From NCBI RefSeq assembly GCF_025526975.1, contig NW_026515675.1:124001-188000 (forward strand): DNA of 64,000 bases, read 5' to 3'. Each line of letters opens with the position of its first letter. Position 1 is the stretch's first letter. Below, piece by piece: positions 19,049 through 29,628 of the stretch. The DNA comes from Fimicolochytrium jonesii. Its lineage: Eukaryota. The translations under genes were made by a program, and so were the position numbers. Below the pieces are notes generated by a model. The model had not been told where the DNA came from. It saw nothing but the letters and a program-made list of their open reading frames with translations, and made no database searches.

Positions 19049-20142
19049 TCAAGGGTTGCCCGAGTCGGCAGAAGCTCAGCCGGCGCAGTAAGACAGCAGC
19101 TGGTCACTCACCCACTCTCCATCAGTCAGCATGCCCCAAACTTCAAGCATGCATATTGGTCTTGGGGGAACGGGCTGTGGAAAACTTGAAAACCTCAGGA
19201 AACCCTGGTTCCGGTTCTGAATGGGGCGCTGAATCAGCCTTGTCCGCATGCTCCGGACAGATTCTGTCAAATTACGCGGCGTGCACACCCAGGTGCTGCT
19301 GAATCTCAGCAGCATATCACGTGACCCCGCACTAGTGGGCTTAGGGTGCGCTGCGGGGGATGACGTGGAATGGGGGACTGCGCCACGTGCGGCCAATACT
19401 GTCGATTTGATGGCGGCCGGCGCCACTTACCACATAGCCGGTACCATCATAGTAGGTCCCCATTAATTACGCAACCTCGTTCGCCGGTACACTGCCGGGG
19501 ATAGCTACCAGCTTTCTGGTGGAAGCGTTGATTGACGCGATCCACGTTGCCGGGCGTACGCGTACCGGGGCCCTGGAAAGCATTATTTAGGCTCATCCCT
19601 GGGGAGTCACGTGTTTGGTTACTGACCCGACGACCTGGTTGCAATATGAGCTCAAATTAAGTAACGTGGTATCACATGACGCTTTATGAAGAATTCTATT
19701 GTGAGTCATGAGTCATACCATTCGTGATGGAGAATTTATGACTCATACACGCGTCGCATTCCAAATCAACTAATGAAATCTGAACCCTGGTTTCCGGGTT
19801 CCATCTTCTATTCAAAGACCGAACCGGGGCGTTGTGAGCCGTGACCGCGGCTGTGATAAGTGGCATCTTTTGAATACGTACTTGTGTCTGAGCCAGGGTA
19901 GGCTTGGCCATAGCCGGTACCAGAGTCCCGGAAGCGCTGTAATACCGAGTTCCCGGAACAATGTGGTGAGTCAATGAGTCATTCCCCCATTCCACGTCAT
20001 CTACACCTTGTGGAACATTGGCTCTGGAGTGCGCGAATATCGGCTCTCCTCAGGGTGTTCTTCAGTTTTTAAATTTGATTTAAATTTGATTTGAATTTAA
20101 ATTTACATCCGATTTGAATTTCCTTGCTTTTACACCACCCTG

Positions 20143-21162
20143 GTGCACACCGTGTCTTTTGCACCTTTGCAAGATGGGACTGAGCAGCAAACCAACCCGC
20201 ATCCGTTTGGAAAGCACCTTACGCACGAAGACTTCCTCAAGCAATATACTAGGGAAGTTGATCACGATCACCCGTACACCCGTCTCTACAAGGACATCGT
20301 TGTCGTAGCCGACAGGCAAACAGATGAGATTGTATTTGCGGCAAGGTTTTGTCCATTTGCGGATATGTCCACGGATGACAGAACCCGTTTCGAGGAGATC
20401 GCGCTCCACCTCAACCACCAGCGAGAGCTCGTTTACCTGGTGACGATAAACGGTGCACAGACATCCGGCACCATGATCGGTGTTGGGTGGCGTGCGGGTA
20501 TGGATGGTGGGAAAAGCATGGGGATCTACCAACCACGAAAAAAGGATTCCGTCAGTGTGCAGAAGTGGCGCGCCTTACAAGCTGAGTTACCAAAAAGTGA
20601 GGCGCATTACATCTACTTTCTCAATAAGCTTTTGCCTTACCTCTTGTCTCGCATCAAAAAGCGGGCAAAGGAACTACGCGTGCCAAGCATTTCACAAGCG
20701 GAATTCGGCAACCTCGTTGCAGACGACCCCTTCGCCAGCAATATCACCGCCACATGGGATGATTTTGCCAATAAATTCCCCCGCGATAACGACACATCGA
20801 AACTCACATATGGAATCTGGTTCCCTGTCTCGAACACAACGGGCAAGCTGAAAAGCAAGGCGGATGGATTCGCCTGTCATGGTGGAGTCTTTGTGAATGC
20901 AGACTATCGTGTATACGTGGACTTTGATGCGTGCGATGGCGTTGTCGAAATCGTTTGGCAAGGGCCTGAGGATGCACACGCAACCACGTCGTCCGTCAGA
21001 GGCCAAGACTCGAATCGCCTCGGGACCTCCGTTCAAATCAACGAGAAGCTGGCAAAACGAGTCGAACGGTTGTTGCGGGAGGAGGGTGTCATTGCTGCTG
21101 GGCGCATCCTTGGGCTTGCTGAGACTTTAGATCGATTGCAGACTTTAGAACATTTGCGCTGA
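20143..21162 (+). CDS. Tet/JBP-like 2OG-Fe(II) dioxygenase (fungal TE-associated type), first iron ligand apparently mutated; true start uncertain
   Basis: GTMIGVGWR, FASNITAT..DFANKF(P)RDND..TYGIWF, GG.F...Y.VYVDF..CDGVVEIVW, AHATT, RLGTSVQIN. Confidence 0.7.
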   Translation: MHTVSFAPLQDGTEQQTNPHPFGKHLTHEDFLKQYTREVDHDHPYTRLYKDIVVVADRQTDEIVFAARFCPFADMSTDDRTRFEEIALHLNHQRELVYLVTINGAQTSGTMIGVGWRAGMDGGKSMGIYQPRKKDSVSVQKWRALQAELPKSEAHYIYFLNKLLPYLLSRIKKRAKELRVPSISQAEFGNLVADDPFASNITATWDDFANKFPRDNDTSKLTYGIWFPVSNTTGKLKSKADGFACHGGVFVNADYRVYVDFDACDGVVEIVWQGPEDAHATTSSVRGQDSNRLGTSVQINEKLAKRVERLLREEGVIAAGRILGLAETLDRLQTLEHLR

Positions 21163-21982
21163 CCCATTCTGATTTGTATCGAATACCATAAACTTTACAT
21201 ATATAAAGTATGTGCGTTTTGAGAACGGTACGCCGGTCGGAGTTTTCCCCGACAAGCAAATGAACGGAGTTTGCCGCCGAGTGATGCTGGTAGTGTGGCT
21301 GTTGAGTGCGCTTGTCTGTGATGAGTGCGGTGGCCTGAGCGCCCATCCTTCGCCGCATCCCGAGCCTTCCCGCAAACCCCACAGCCGATGAAATTGCGGA
21401 ATGGGAAGAGAATCTCTCTCACGCCGAGCAGGTCGTCGCCTCTATTGAGCGAGACAACCAGGCTGCCCTCATCGCCGCCCTCGAAAGAAAGTGGGAAAGG
21501 CTTGCAGAACGCCACCACGCTGGAAGCGTACGCACGACGACATGTCCACATCGAATGCGCCCATCCCCATCCCCAAACACCGCCTCTTGAGGCAGAACAA
21601 CGGGCTCTGACGGCACGTCGCGACGCCGCTCTCATCCATAGACTCTAGAGGACTACGTTCCTCGTCCAGAGTACAACTGTATAGTACTTAGACGCGCGGC
21701 CTAAGGTTACCGGCCTTCCTTGGGAAGAAGCTTAGGCGCCCAATTTACTGGGATCGACAATTAGTAAATCGAGTTGGGCTCGACATCTGGCTCGAGTTGT
21801 GGGCACATTATCGATAGCTGATCTCCAGCCCTTTTTTAAGGGGACCTACTTCTCAATATGCCAATTTACTCAGCTGCGTACCGGAGACCAGGGTCTTGTC
21901 AAGCTAAACTTGGCACAGTGCGGGATTGGTGTCCAGAGTCGATCTCAAATGGGAGTAAATTCATGTGTGCGAGATCCACCAG

Positions 21983-22085
21983 GCCTGTCTCCAGAGTCCA
22001 GACCCGTCTCCAGATCCAGAGCTAGGGGAGTCTCTGTCCCGAGCCTGTCTCCAGTCGCCAAGCCTGTCTCCAGCCTGTCTCCAGT
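21983..22085. repeat. Cluster of short CC(T/C)GTCTCCAG repeats, probable subterminal repeats of the Harbinger element
   Basis: Five copies visible; inverse-sense GGAGAC(G/A)G repeats at about 22748-22803. Confidence 0.6.
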
Positions 22086-22098
22086 CGTGTCTGCCCTC

Positions 22099-22745
22099 AT
22101 GAACAACCTCTGGACTGAACCTGCCTTCATCTGCGCACTCTACCTTGCCGCCACTCAGCCAGTGCGGAAGAGATGCCTTCCTGGCAATCGTCGGAGCCTC
22201 CGGATCAGCCTCTGGGAGCGGGAGAAGCTCCATCAACCTCCCAACGCCGGAGATGGGGACCCGTTTATCAAGCACTTCCGTGTGGCTTGCGGCCTTTTCG
22301 AGTGGATTGCTGCACAGCTTTCCCGTGTCTTGTATAAAGATCTGGCTCGGGGAGGTCTCCCTGTGCCCAAGCGCCTCGCAATAGCTCTATATCGGTGGGC
22401 TCATGGGACTTCCGAGCCAGTCGTATCCCATGTCTTTCAGGTCTCCCGCACTGCCGTGCGTGTCACATGCAAGGATGTGGCAGTTGCAATCAAGGATGTG
22501 CTTTGAGACAAGGTTATTAGGATGCCTCCCCCGTCAGATCTGGCTGCATGGGGTCATATTGCCTCTGGTTTTGCGTCTCGCCGTGGCATATACCCTTGTG
22601 GAGGAGCGATAGACGGCACCCACTTCAGACTGCAAAAACCTCCCGGGGATGAGATTCATAATGCGTACACCAACCGTAAGGGCACACAGTAGATTATCTG
22701 CCAGGCGGTTTGTGACTCTCAGGGCCTTTTTCGCGACGTAAGTAC
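22099..22745 (+). pseudogene. PIF/Harbinger (HARBI1-like) DDE transposase fragment
   Basis: KRLAIALYRWAHG...FQVSRTAV, then in-frame TGA (22504), GAIDGTHF, YTNRKG, in-frame TAG, QAVCDSQGLFRDV; truncated before the remaining catalytic residues. Confidence 0.85.
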
Positions 22746-22804
22746 ATGGAGACAGGGATGGAGACGGCGACGGAGACGGAGACGGCGATGGAGACGGAGA
22801 CGGG

Positions 22805-22853
22805 TGGATCAGTGCATAGCATAAACCAATGGTTTATGCTATGCACTGATCCA
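22805..22853. repeat. Perfect 49-bp terminal palindrome (24-bp arms, 1-nt centre)
   Basis: TGGATCAGTGCATAGCATAAACCA-A-TGGTTTATGCTATGCACTGATCCA. Confidence 0.97.
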
Positions 22854-23140
22854 CTATACTATTACACTGTGCATTAACCGTACCGGGCTCTACTTTACAC
22901 TGTGCATTAACCGTAGCGGCTGCTGAAAGTGTTATGCATTAACCGTATTCCTGATGTAGGGTGTAATGTATTAACCATGTATCCTACACCTCTGGTATTA
23001 TGCATTAACCGTACCAGCCTATGAGCCATTAACCAGGAGTCGGGTAAGACCGTGTTCTTCAGTTCCCACGACGCGCTGTCAAATTCTGTTACTTTCCCTT
23101 CACAATCTAAGCCACCGGGACATTCGGATGTCCCAAGAAC

Positions 23141-23640
23141 CATGCGTTATATGAGTACGATGTGTACAATGAGTATCAATTTGACACCTCCCATACCCAT
23201 CCCTCACCGACTCTCACCATTTGTCTATCTCATACAAAAAGGTCCTTTCCGCCATGATTTCAACCACTTTCTCAAAACTACCCTATCTGTCGCGCAAGTA
23301 CGATGAGGTATATGAATATGATGAGCATCAATTTGACACCTCCAATACCCAGGCCTCCCCGATGTACAAATGCCCAAACTATCACAAAAAGGTCGCTTTC
23401 GCCATTATTTCAGCCACTTTCTCAAAACTACTCTATCTGTTGGGCGAGTACAATGAGTTATGTGAGTACGATGAGTATCAATTTGACACCTCCAGAACCC
23501 AGCCCTCCCCGACGCACAAATGCTTCAGAATCATAAATCGGCCCTTTTCACCGTGATTTCTCAAATCCGTATGTTCAGAAGCGTGAGTATAATGAGTACG
23601 ATGAGTAGAATGAGTATCACTTTGACATCTCCGCTTCCTG
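23141..23640. repeat. ~150-bp degenerate tandem repeat (3-4 units) inside the TIR; mirrored at about 46010-46510
   Basis: GAG(T/C)ATCA(A/C)TTTGACA(C/T)CTCC core recurs at about 23171, 23323, 23473 and 23612. Confidence 0.85.
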
Positions 23641-24295
23641 ATCCCCCACGAAAAAATGCGATATTTTGAAATGTCATTTTTGTCGTAAATTTCGGTTTTT
23701 TCGACCCAAATTTGCAACTTTTTCCCCAGATTTCGCCGTTTTCTCCCTTTATTTTCTCACTTTCCTTTCATATTCTCATTTCCATTTTTAAAAACTTACC
23801 CTCAATTTCATTCCGTTGCCATCCATATTGGTCCGCCTCCATCCCCATCTACATATCCTCTTCTCCTCGCGTTTCTACCTCACTTCATACATCACTTTTT
23901 AACCGTTGCCTAACTTTGTGCTCCACCGATTCAACCACTTTCACTACAGTCCTTTTTCTCACCACTTTCCCCGTTCCCTCCATGTCTCAAGCCAATCCCG
24001 TCACTTTTCCAATTTTTACCCTCCATCTTTTATCGAAATGCCATCTGTAGTATTGTAGTTCTTTTTTTCAGAAAAACTATATTATAAACAGGCACCCTTA
24101 AAAAAAAACTCTCTCCGTCGCAAACTCTTTTCTTACCCCCCCCCTATTATACAGAGGTTTCTACCCATTTTCACCACTACAATGCTACAAATCCGCCATA
24201 TACTACCTTTACACTTTTCACTTTCTCCGTGCCCGTCACATTTACACCCTGTCATTTTGATACTCATCATACTCATTTTACTCTCCTTACTCTCC

Positions 24296-26775
24296 TTACT
24301 CATCCGCCGAGTCTTCACATACTGAATACGATTGTTGCGGAAGCATCTCATATCGGTTCAATTTGATACCTTGGAATCCGGTGGAAACTTTCGACATCCC
24401 TTTACCGTCTACATATTTTGTAACTCGAAGACACTTGTTGTAAGTTATATCATCTTGTGATCTAGCATAGTTTTGTAACCATTTCAACATATCGTTTCGG
24501 TTAATGCGTATGTTCTTATTTTGTTGCCGTTTGGCCCACTCGATACATTCTTTGTGGATATCCTCCACTAGAATCTTGTTTTCAGGTGCATGGAGACAGC
24601 ACTCATCAAAAAACGTCTGATAGATGTCGTTATTTCTCTTGTACTTGATCGTATCATCGAGAATGGATTGCGGCGTCCGGATTCCTTCTTCCTTATACAA
24701 TTTGTAATATTTGATTAGAATGGACATGAAGTACGGTGCTTGAAACCCTCGGTTTCGTTTGGCTCCCTCGTCCGCAAGATAGATATGCTTGTCAGGATCG
24801 CATAATGCCGGATCTGTAACGAAAGTGCTTGTAAGCGCAATTATGTTGATCCGTCTCCACGTACCATTATCGACTTCTAAGATGACAGGTAGATCATTCA
24901 CGGACAAAAACAGCAATGCTTTGATGACAAAGTTGGAACCGTTCTCATAGAGATTTCTCGCACGGACTGGATCGTAGCCGGTTAGTTTTTTAACGTTCTC
25001 CATATTGAGGGCTTTTTCTTTCTTGTTTTCTTGGATCTCAATGAAACGTTTATATTTACCATCTGCCAACTCCGGGTTCGCTTTGTCCCCGTTAAAGTCG
25101 TTCACCAAAATGGATGAGTTCCAACTCGTTGCGTAAACATCCATACTTTCGGTCATTAATCCTACAAGGAACGATTTTCCTTGTGCGCCCGGGCCGACCA
25201 TAATATTGAACTTATCGTTGTGATTACACCCCAGAGATGAAGCGAAGGTTTTCATAACATATTCCTTTTTTTCCGGAATCGGTAGAACTTTGTCAATTTG
25301 ACTTTCCAAACGAACCGTTGTCTCATCATGCGGATCATACTCGATATAGTCATAGCCAATTTGCAGGAGACAGTAATCGTTTGGCTTTCCATTCCGAAAC
25401 TCCAATTTGTCTAAATCATAGACCCCGTTTCGAAAGCAGACAATATTTGTACATGTCTCTAATTTACGCTCAAACTGAAGGAAATCTTCCTGTGAAAAGT
25501 AAAGGGCCGAGGTTTTACAAACGTTGAGGTAAAACTGATATGTTTCGACACAGGACGACAGTTTCTTTAGCATACCAATTAAGCGCTCGTCGCTTTGATG
25601 ACTTTTCCATTTTGTCTTTTCTTCCAATAGAGGCATCAATTCTGTCAAAAGGCGATGTTGAAAGAACTCGCCGGAATCGCAAGTCCACCGATGGGATGAA
25701 AAGTACCACCAGACCTTATTCTTGTAGTAGAAATCATCTCTCCACAAAACAATAAGAAAGCGAGCGACCGCATCATGACTTCTGTGGAGAATAGCGTTTT
25801 TGGCAAGTTGATCTAACAAAGGATCGTCAAAAAGCGGTAATCTAATGAGAGGCGCTGTCTCCTCCACACTATCGCTCTGTGCTACAATTGGTATGACTTC
25901 AAGTCCTAACTTCTCCAGGTAACTGACCTCGTAGTTCATTGGCTTTTCTTTGATGACGATGGAGAAGGCCAGTTGTTTTGTTGACATGTTGCTGCAAGTT
26001 ATTAATAAGAGTCTGGTCAACCGGTAAGTTCTTTTCGTTTCGGAGAACTTGAACGCCGTCGAATACGAGAACAGGTACTTCATAACCACTGCTCTCCAGG
26101 AACGTCTCCATTTCGCCAAGAATGATGTTTTCATGATATTGAAGAACTTTGCTGTAGAACGAACCATCCCTATTTCCGTCGTTTTTGTTTTTCTTGGTAA
26201 TTGCCCAAAGTTCCTGGAATTCGGGCATTTCCTTGAAAGGTGGGAGGAAAGTTTCGTATATAAATTTATGAATGCTTTTGATGAACGGGTGACTGGGAAC
26301 TTCATATGATTTGTTGAGCGCTTCCAAAACGGACTTCTTATTCAACCCGTATTTCTGAAGGATCGTATCACGCTTTCTAACGTACTCGGTCAAATTCTTG
26401 CATTTGGGTAATTTCAGTTTCTTGCTCAATTGTGAGGTAATGCTTGGAAATGCGTTTTCGATGTCGAGATCAATGTACAAGTCCTCCATACTGTAACAAC
26501 GTAGATTCCTCTCAAATCCTTGACCGCCGACAAGGTGGCGCGCATACAATCTGCACTTTGGAGACGTTTCGGAGTACACATACTGAACATAGAATTTGTT
26601 TGTATCGTTCAATCTCAAATCCATATACCTCTTGATTTGATCACGAGTGGCAACATCGAGCAATTTACAATTCTTCAATTGAATGAGTCTGTTGACATGT
26701 GCAACTTCATGCTTTTCTTCTCTGTTTAACGGCCGTTTTTCTAAAGCGTGTGGATTCAATGATCTGTTCAGCCAT
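24296..26775 (-). CDS. TVpol (PolA-like polymerase/primase) fused to D5-like SF3 helicase; split by apparent +1 frameshifts
   Basis: ORF 25899-26759: CRLYA..GGQGF.RNLR, YIDLDIENAFP, LVFDG. ORF 24296-26305: D5_N (FRNGVYDL...FRNGKPNDY), Walker A GPGAQGKS, KKLTGYD.V.ARNLY, SVNDLP, GTWRRI. Confidence 0.85.
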
Positions 26776-26923
26776 TTTCAATTTGTGTGTGCTTAACTGT
26801 TAGGCACACAATTGTTTTCTCAGGTTTCTAAACGCATTTTGGACGATGTCACAGATGCGTCTACGCATGCAGCAATTAAAGAAATAATGGCCTAATAGTA
26901 TACAATTGAACTAAGGTGAACAA

Positions 26924-27190
26924 ATGGCATATCAATATATTGGAACGTACGAAAAATATGGAATGAAACACGAATTCATTTCGAAGACAGTGCGGGATCT
27001 AGCGAAACAGATGGGGGTAAACCGAAATACCATTACTTCGATATCAAAATGCCCCGGGGGGAAACAATCAAGACAAATTTTACCAATAACGGTTCAGAAG
27101 ATTACGATTCCAGACAACATTATGTCGACAAAGGAATCTCAAATAAGTCCAACTGAAAATGGCCCAAATCCGACAATTGGAGATTTATAG
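26924..27190 (+). CDS. Small HTH DNA-binding protein
   Basis: KTVRDLAKQMGVNRNTITSI helix-turn-helix-like pattern; ATG start. Confidence 0.55.
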   Translation: MAYQYIGTYEKYGMKHEFISKTVRDLAKQMGVNRNTITSISKCPGGKQSRQILPITVQKITIPDNIMSTKESQISPTENGPNPTIGDL

Positions 27191-27515
27191 TTTAGGAGGC
27201 CCGGGAAAATGGGGGTAATTCTGATGCTCACGGTACTCACGGTACTCACGGTACTCATTATACTCAAAAAAGTATGACAAATATGTCCATTGAGAGCGAC
27301 GCAAAAGCGACAATTGGAGATTTAAAGTTTAGGAGGCTCGGGAAGATGGGGGGCTATTCTGATGCTCAAGATACTCAGAGTACTTACGGCACTCATTATA
27401 CTCTAAAATTTATGACAAAGATGTCCATTGGAAACGGATCAAATCGACAATTTTAGATTTATAGTTTAGGAGGTCTGGGTAGACGTGGGGTATTCCTGAT
27501 GCTCAAGGCGCTCAA
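27165..27515. repeat. Internal ~137-bp tandem repeat (3 units)
   Basis: CGACAATT..AGATTTA.AGTTTAGGAGG..GG...CTGATGCTCA at about 27171, 27308 and 27446. Confidence 0.85.
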
Positions 27516-28023
27516 GGCGCTCTTTGCACTCACGGTAGTGACTATACTCCTGGGGAATCATTCCACCTCGTGGTGAGTTTTTACCATAATTTTCGTGGTT
27601 GTGGATTTGCTCTCCAAGGCTGCAATTCAAAATGATCCAAACTCTCCGTCTATCAAATGGATTGGAGTCTTCACAGCACCTGCACTCTAGGCAATCTGAC
27701 GAAGTCTTGTGATATTTGTTGCAAAAATTGCAAATATAAGCATGCTTTGCAACAAATCTATGTTTGAACATCGTTGCTTGGAACTGCTTCCAAAGTTTTG
27801 CGTCGTTAAACTTCCGGGGCAAGTATTCAAGAGGCTTTTTCAATAGGAACATCTTTTTCACATGAAACAAAGTCTCGTAATGGCCGGTTTTTTTGTAGGC
27901 TTCCATCTGCTCAGACATTCTATCTACTATATTTTCCAATTTTGTTTGGATCTCGTGCGGTGAAGCCATTGTTGAAACGATGCTCTTCTTGCTCACGTCT
28001 CTCATAATTTTGCTTATATGCAA
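27466..28023 (-). CDS. Hypothetical viral protein with Cys/His cluster
   Basis: 185-aa ORF, CNFCNKYH..CLECRCC. Confidence 0.5.
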   Translation of the reverse strand: MHISKIMRDVSKKSIVSTMASPHEIQTKLENIVDRMSEQMEAYKKTGHYETLFHVKKMFLLKKPLEYLPRKFNDAKLWKQFQATMFKHRFVAKHAYICNFCNKYHKTSSDCLECRCCEDSNPFDRRRVWIILNCSLGEQIHNHENYGKNSPRGGMIPQEYSHYRECKERLERLEHQEYPTSTQTS

Positions 28024-28083
28024 AGCGCCCTTTCATCGGTTCCTCTTCTGTGAGATCATCGTATTGGTCATTTATCATCGAAC

Positions 28084-28281
28084 TCAATCGCTATCGAAAT
28101 TTAGACTCCAACCTTTTGGTCCTGTACGTTTGTCCCACCAACATTTACCACAAAGGACTCGTCTTGGGATAATTGGAATAATTTCGTCACAATCTTGACA
28201 CTTTCGACACTGCGAAGGAATGATGATTTGTCCATATCGGTTGAATTTCTTTGTGTATGGTTTGAAAGTCTCTTCAGGCAT
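28084..28281 (-). CDS. Small Zn-ribbon protein
   Basis: 65 aa, CQDC...CGKC; ATG start. Confidence 0.5.
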   Translation of the reverse strand: MPEETFKPYTKKFNRYGQIIIPSQCRKCQDCDEIIPIIPRRVLCGKCWWDKRTGPKGWSLNFDSD

Positions 28282-28538
28282 TGTTTACTTTATTTCTGCA
28301 GATAACTTTAAATTAGTGAACCGCGCTCGTTGGTGGAGTTCAACAATGCCGCAACCTTCAGGAAATTTGACAGTTTCCTCTTTTAGTAACTCCTTATCGC
28401 GAAATAGAGTTAAGTTTGAAAACAATGGAGTGTATCCACCGCTGTTGACGCACCTATAATGTATCCGGAGGTGCGCTGAATATATAAGGTCGGGTGTCGT
28501 ATGAAGAACCCCAGTCATCAATAATCCTACTATCAAAA

Positions 28539-29546
28539 ATGCCTGCCGAACGACAACAACGCCCTGGACATCCGGATGTCCAGGAGAACAACAGCAGACG
28601 AAGGAAGCGCGCTCCATTGAGCGAAGAGGAAGTTCTGCAAAGACAGAAAACCCTTCAAGACACACATGCCCGACGTTTTGCACAACAGATTGGATTACTT
28701 CACCGAAAGAACGCAGCCGGCGTTCCGATTGAACCCGAAGATCCTTTTCTGGTGTGGAAAGATTACCACATCGAAACAACATTGCAAGGCGCACATGTGA
28801 ACATCGACCCAATCGCTCCTCGTCAAGAAGCGAGTCGAAATAATGTTCCCGACATTGAACTCGATGTGTTCAAATTATTCATTTCGTCAAAAACCTCTGG
28901 TCTCGCGGAAAATTTCGATCGATTTGTTAATTATTACTATGTCGGTTACTACTACAAGTGGCTCGTCGATCAGCGAAGAAATGATCCCGCGAACGATAAC
29001 GAGCAAAGCGAAGAAGCAAAACAGCAGTTGCGAACACAAATATTCAAAGCCAAACTTGAGAAAGAGAAGGGGATTCTTGCGGGCGGGTCGTCAAAGCGAC
29101 AAATCAAATCGTTCAACCGCTTATGCACGAATATGCATATCGCTATCGACGAATTTGGTTGGGGCATTCTTACATGTCCTGCCCTACTTCGCTCGTCGAA
29201 AGGGAAAGCGATTGAAAATCTTACCGAGGCTATCATCAATCGAGTCTTGAAGCGTTTTGTAAAACAAGGCGCGCGGCAAGTTTCAACGATGTACGATGAA
29301 GACGTCCAGAAATATGTGGAAAAACGTTTTCGCCTATTGGAACCGGGAAAAGATGAACGCCTTGATATAACCCCCAAGCAAGTTCGTCTCAAAACTGTCA
29401 AGGAGAAAATGCGGGAGGTTGGGCACGCGCAGGCGAGACAGGAACAAGATTTGCAGAACGACGAGGAAGAGGAGCAGGAAGAGGAAAACGAAGACGTTGG
29501 AGAGGAGGAGGAGCAAATTGTGGAGGAGGAATTGGAATATGCTTGA
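28539..29546 (+). CDS. Hypothetical viral protein with NLS-like RRRKR and acidic C-terminal tail
   Basis: Long uninterrupted ORF; first ATG at 28539. Confidence 0.65.
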   Translation: MPAERQQRPGHPDVQENNSRRRKRAPLSEEEVLQRQKTLQDTHARRFAQQIGLLHRKNAAGVPIEPEDPFLVWKDYHIETTLQGAHVNIDPIAPRQEASRNNVPDIELDVFKLFISSKTSGLAENFDRFVNYYYVGYYYKWLVDQRRNDPANDNEQSEEAKQQLRTQIFKAKLEKEKGILAGGSSKRQIKSFNRLCTNMHIAIDEFGWGILTCPALLRSSKGKAIENLTEAIINRVLKRFVKQGARQVSTMYDEDVQKYVEKRFRLLEPGKDERLDITPKQVRLKTVKEKMREVGHAQARQEQDLQNDEEEEQEEENEDVGEEEEQIVEEELEYA

Positions 29547-29628
29547 TCATGAACTTCGATGTAGTGATGTAATATCGATAAAATTCGATTCTTTTTTTAA
29601 ATTGTTATTTAAAGAGTAAAAACGAGTA

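Larger units (their letters stand above)
22805..24305 (+). repeat. Left terminal inverted repeat of the PLV (~1.5 kb)
   Basis: Reverse complement of 45348-46861 with scattered substitutions and small indels; includes the helicase stop codon. Confidence 0.95.

Noticed and set aside
21799..22098. N-terminal half of the 235-aa ORF as part of the transposase
   Set aside because: It translates the CCTGTCTCCAG subterminal repeats; transposase similarity starts later
23141..23640. Regularly spaced repeats resembling a CRISPR array
   Set aside because: Whole ~150-bp units are similar with no unique spacers, no cas genes, eukaryotic context; they are TIR sub-repeats
22907..24351. ORFs in the TIRs (and mirrored copies at 45603-46759)
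   Set aside because: Low-complexity translations, mostly non-ATG starts, frames differ between the two TIRs; probably non-coding
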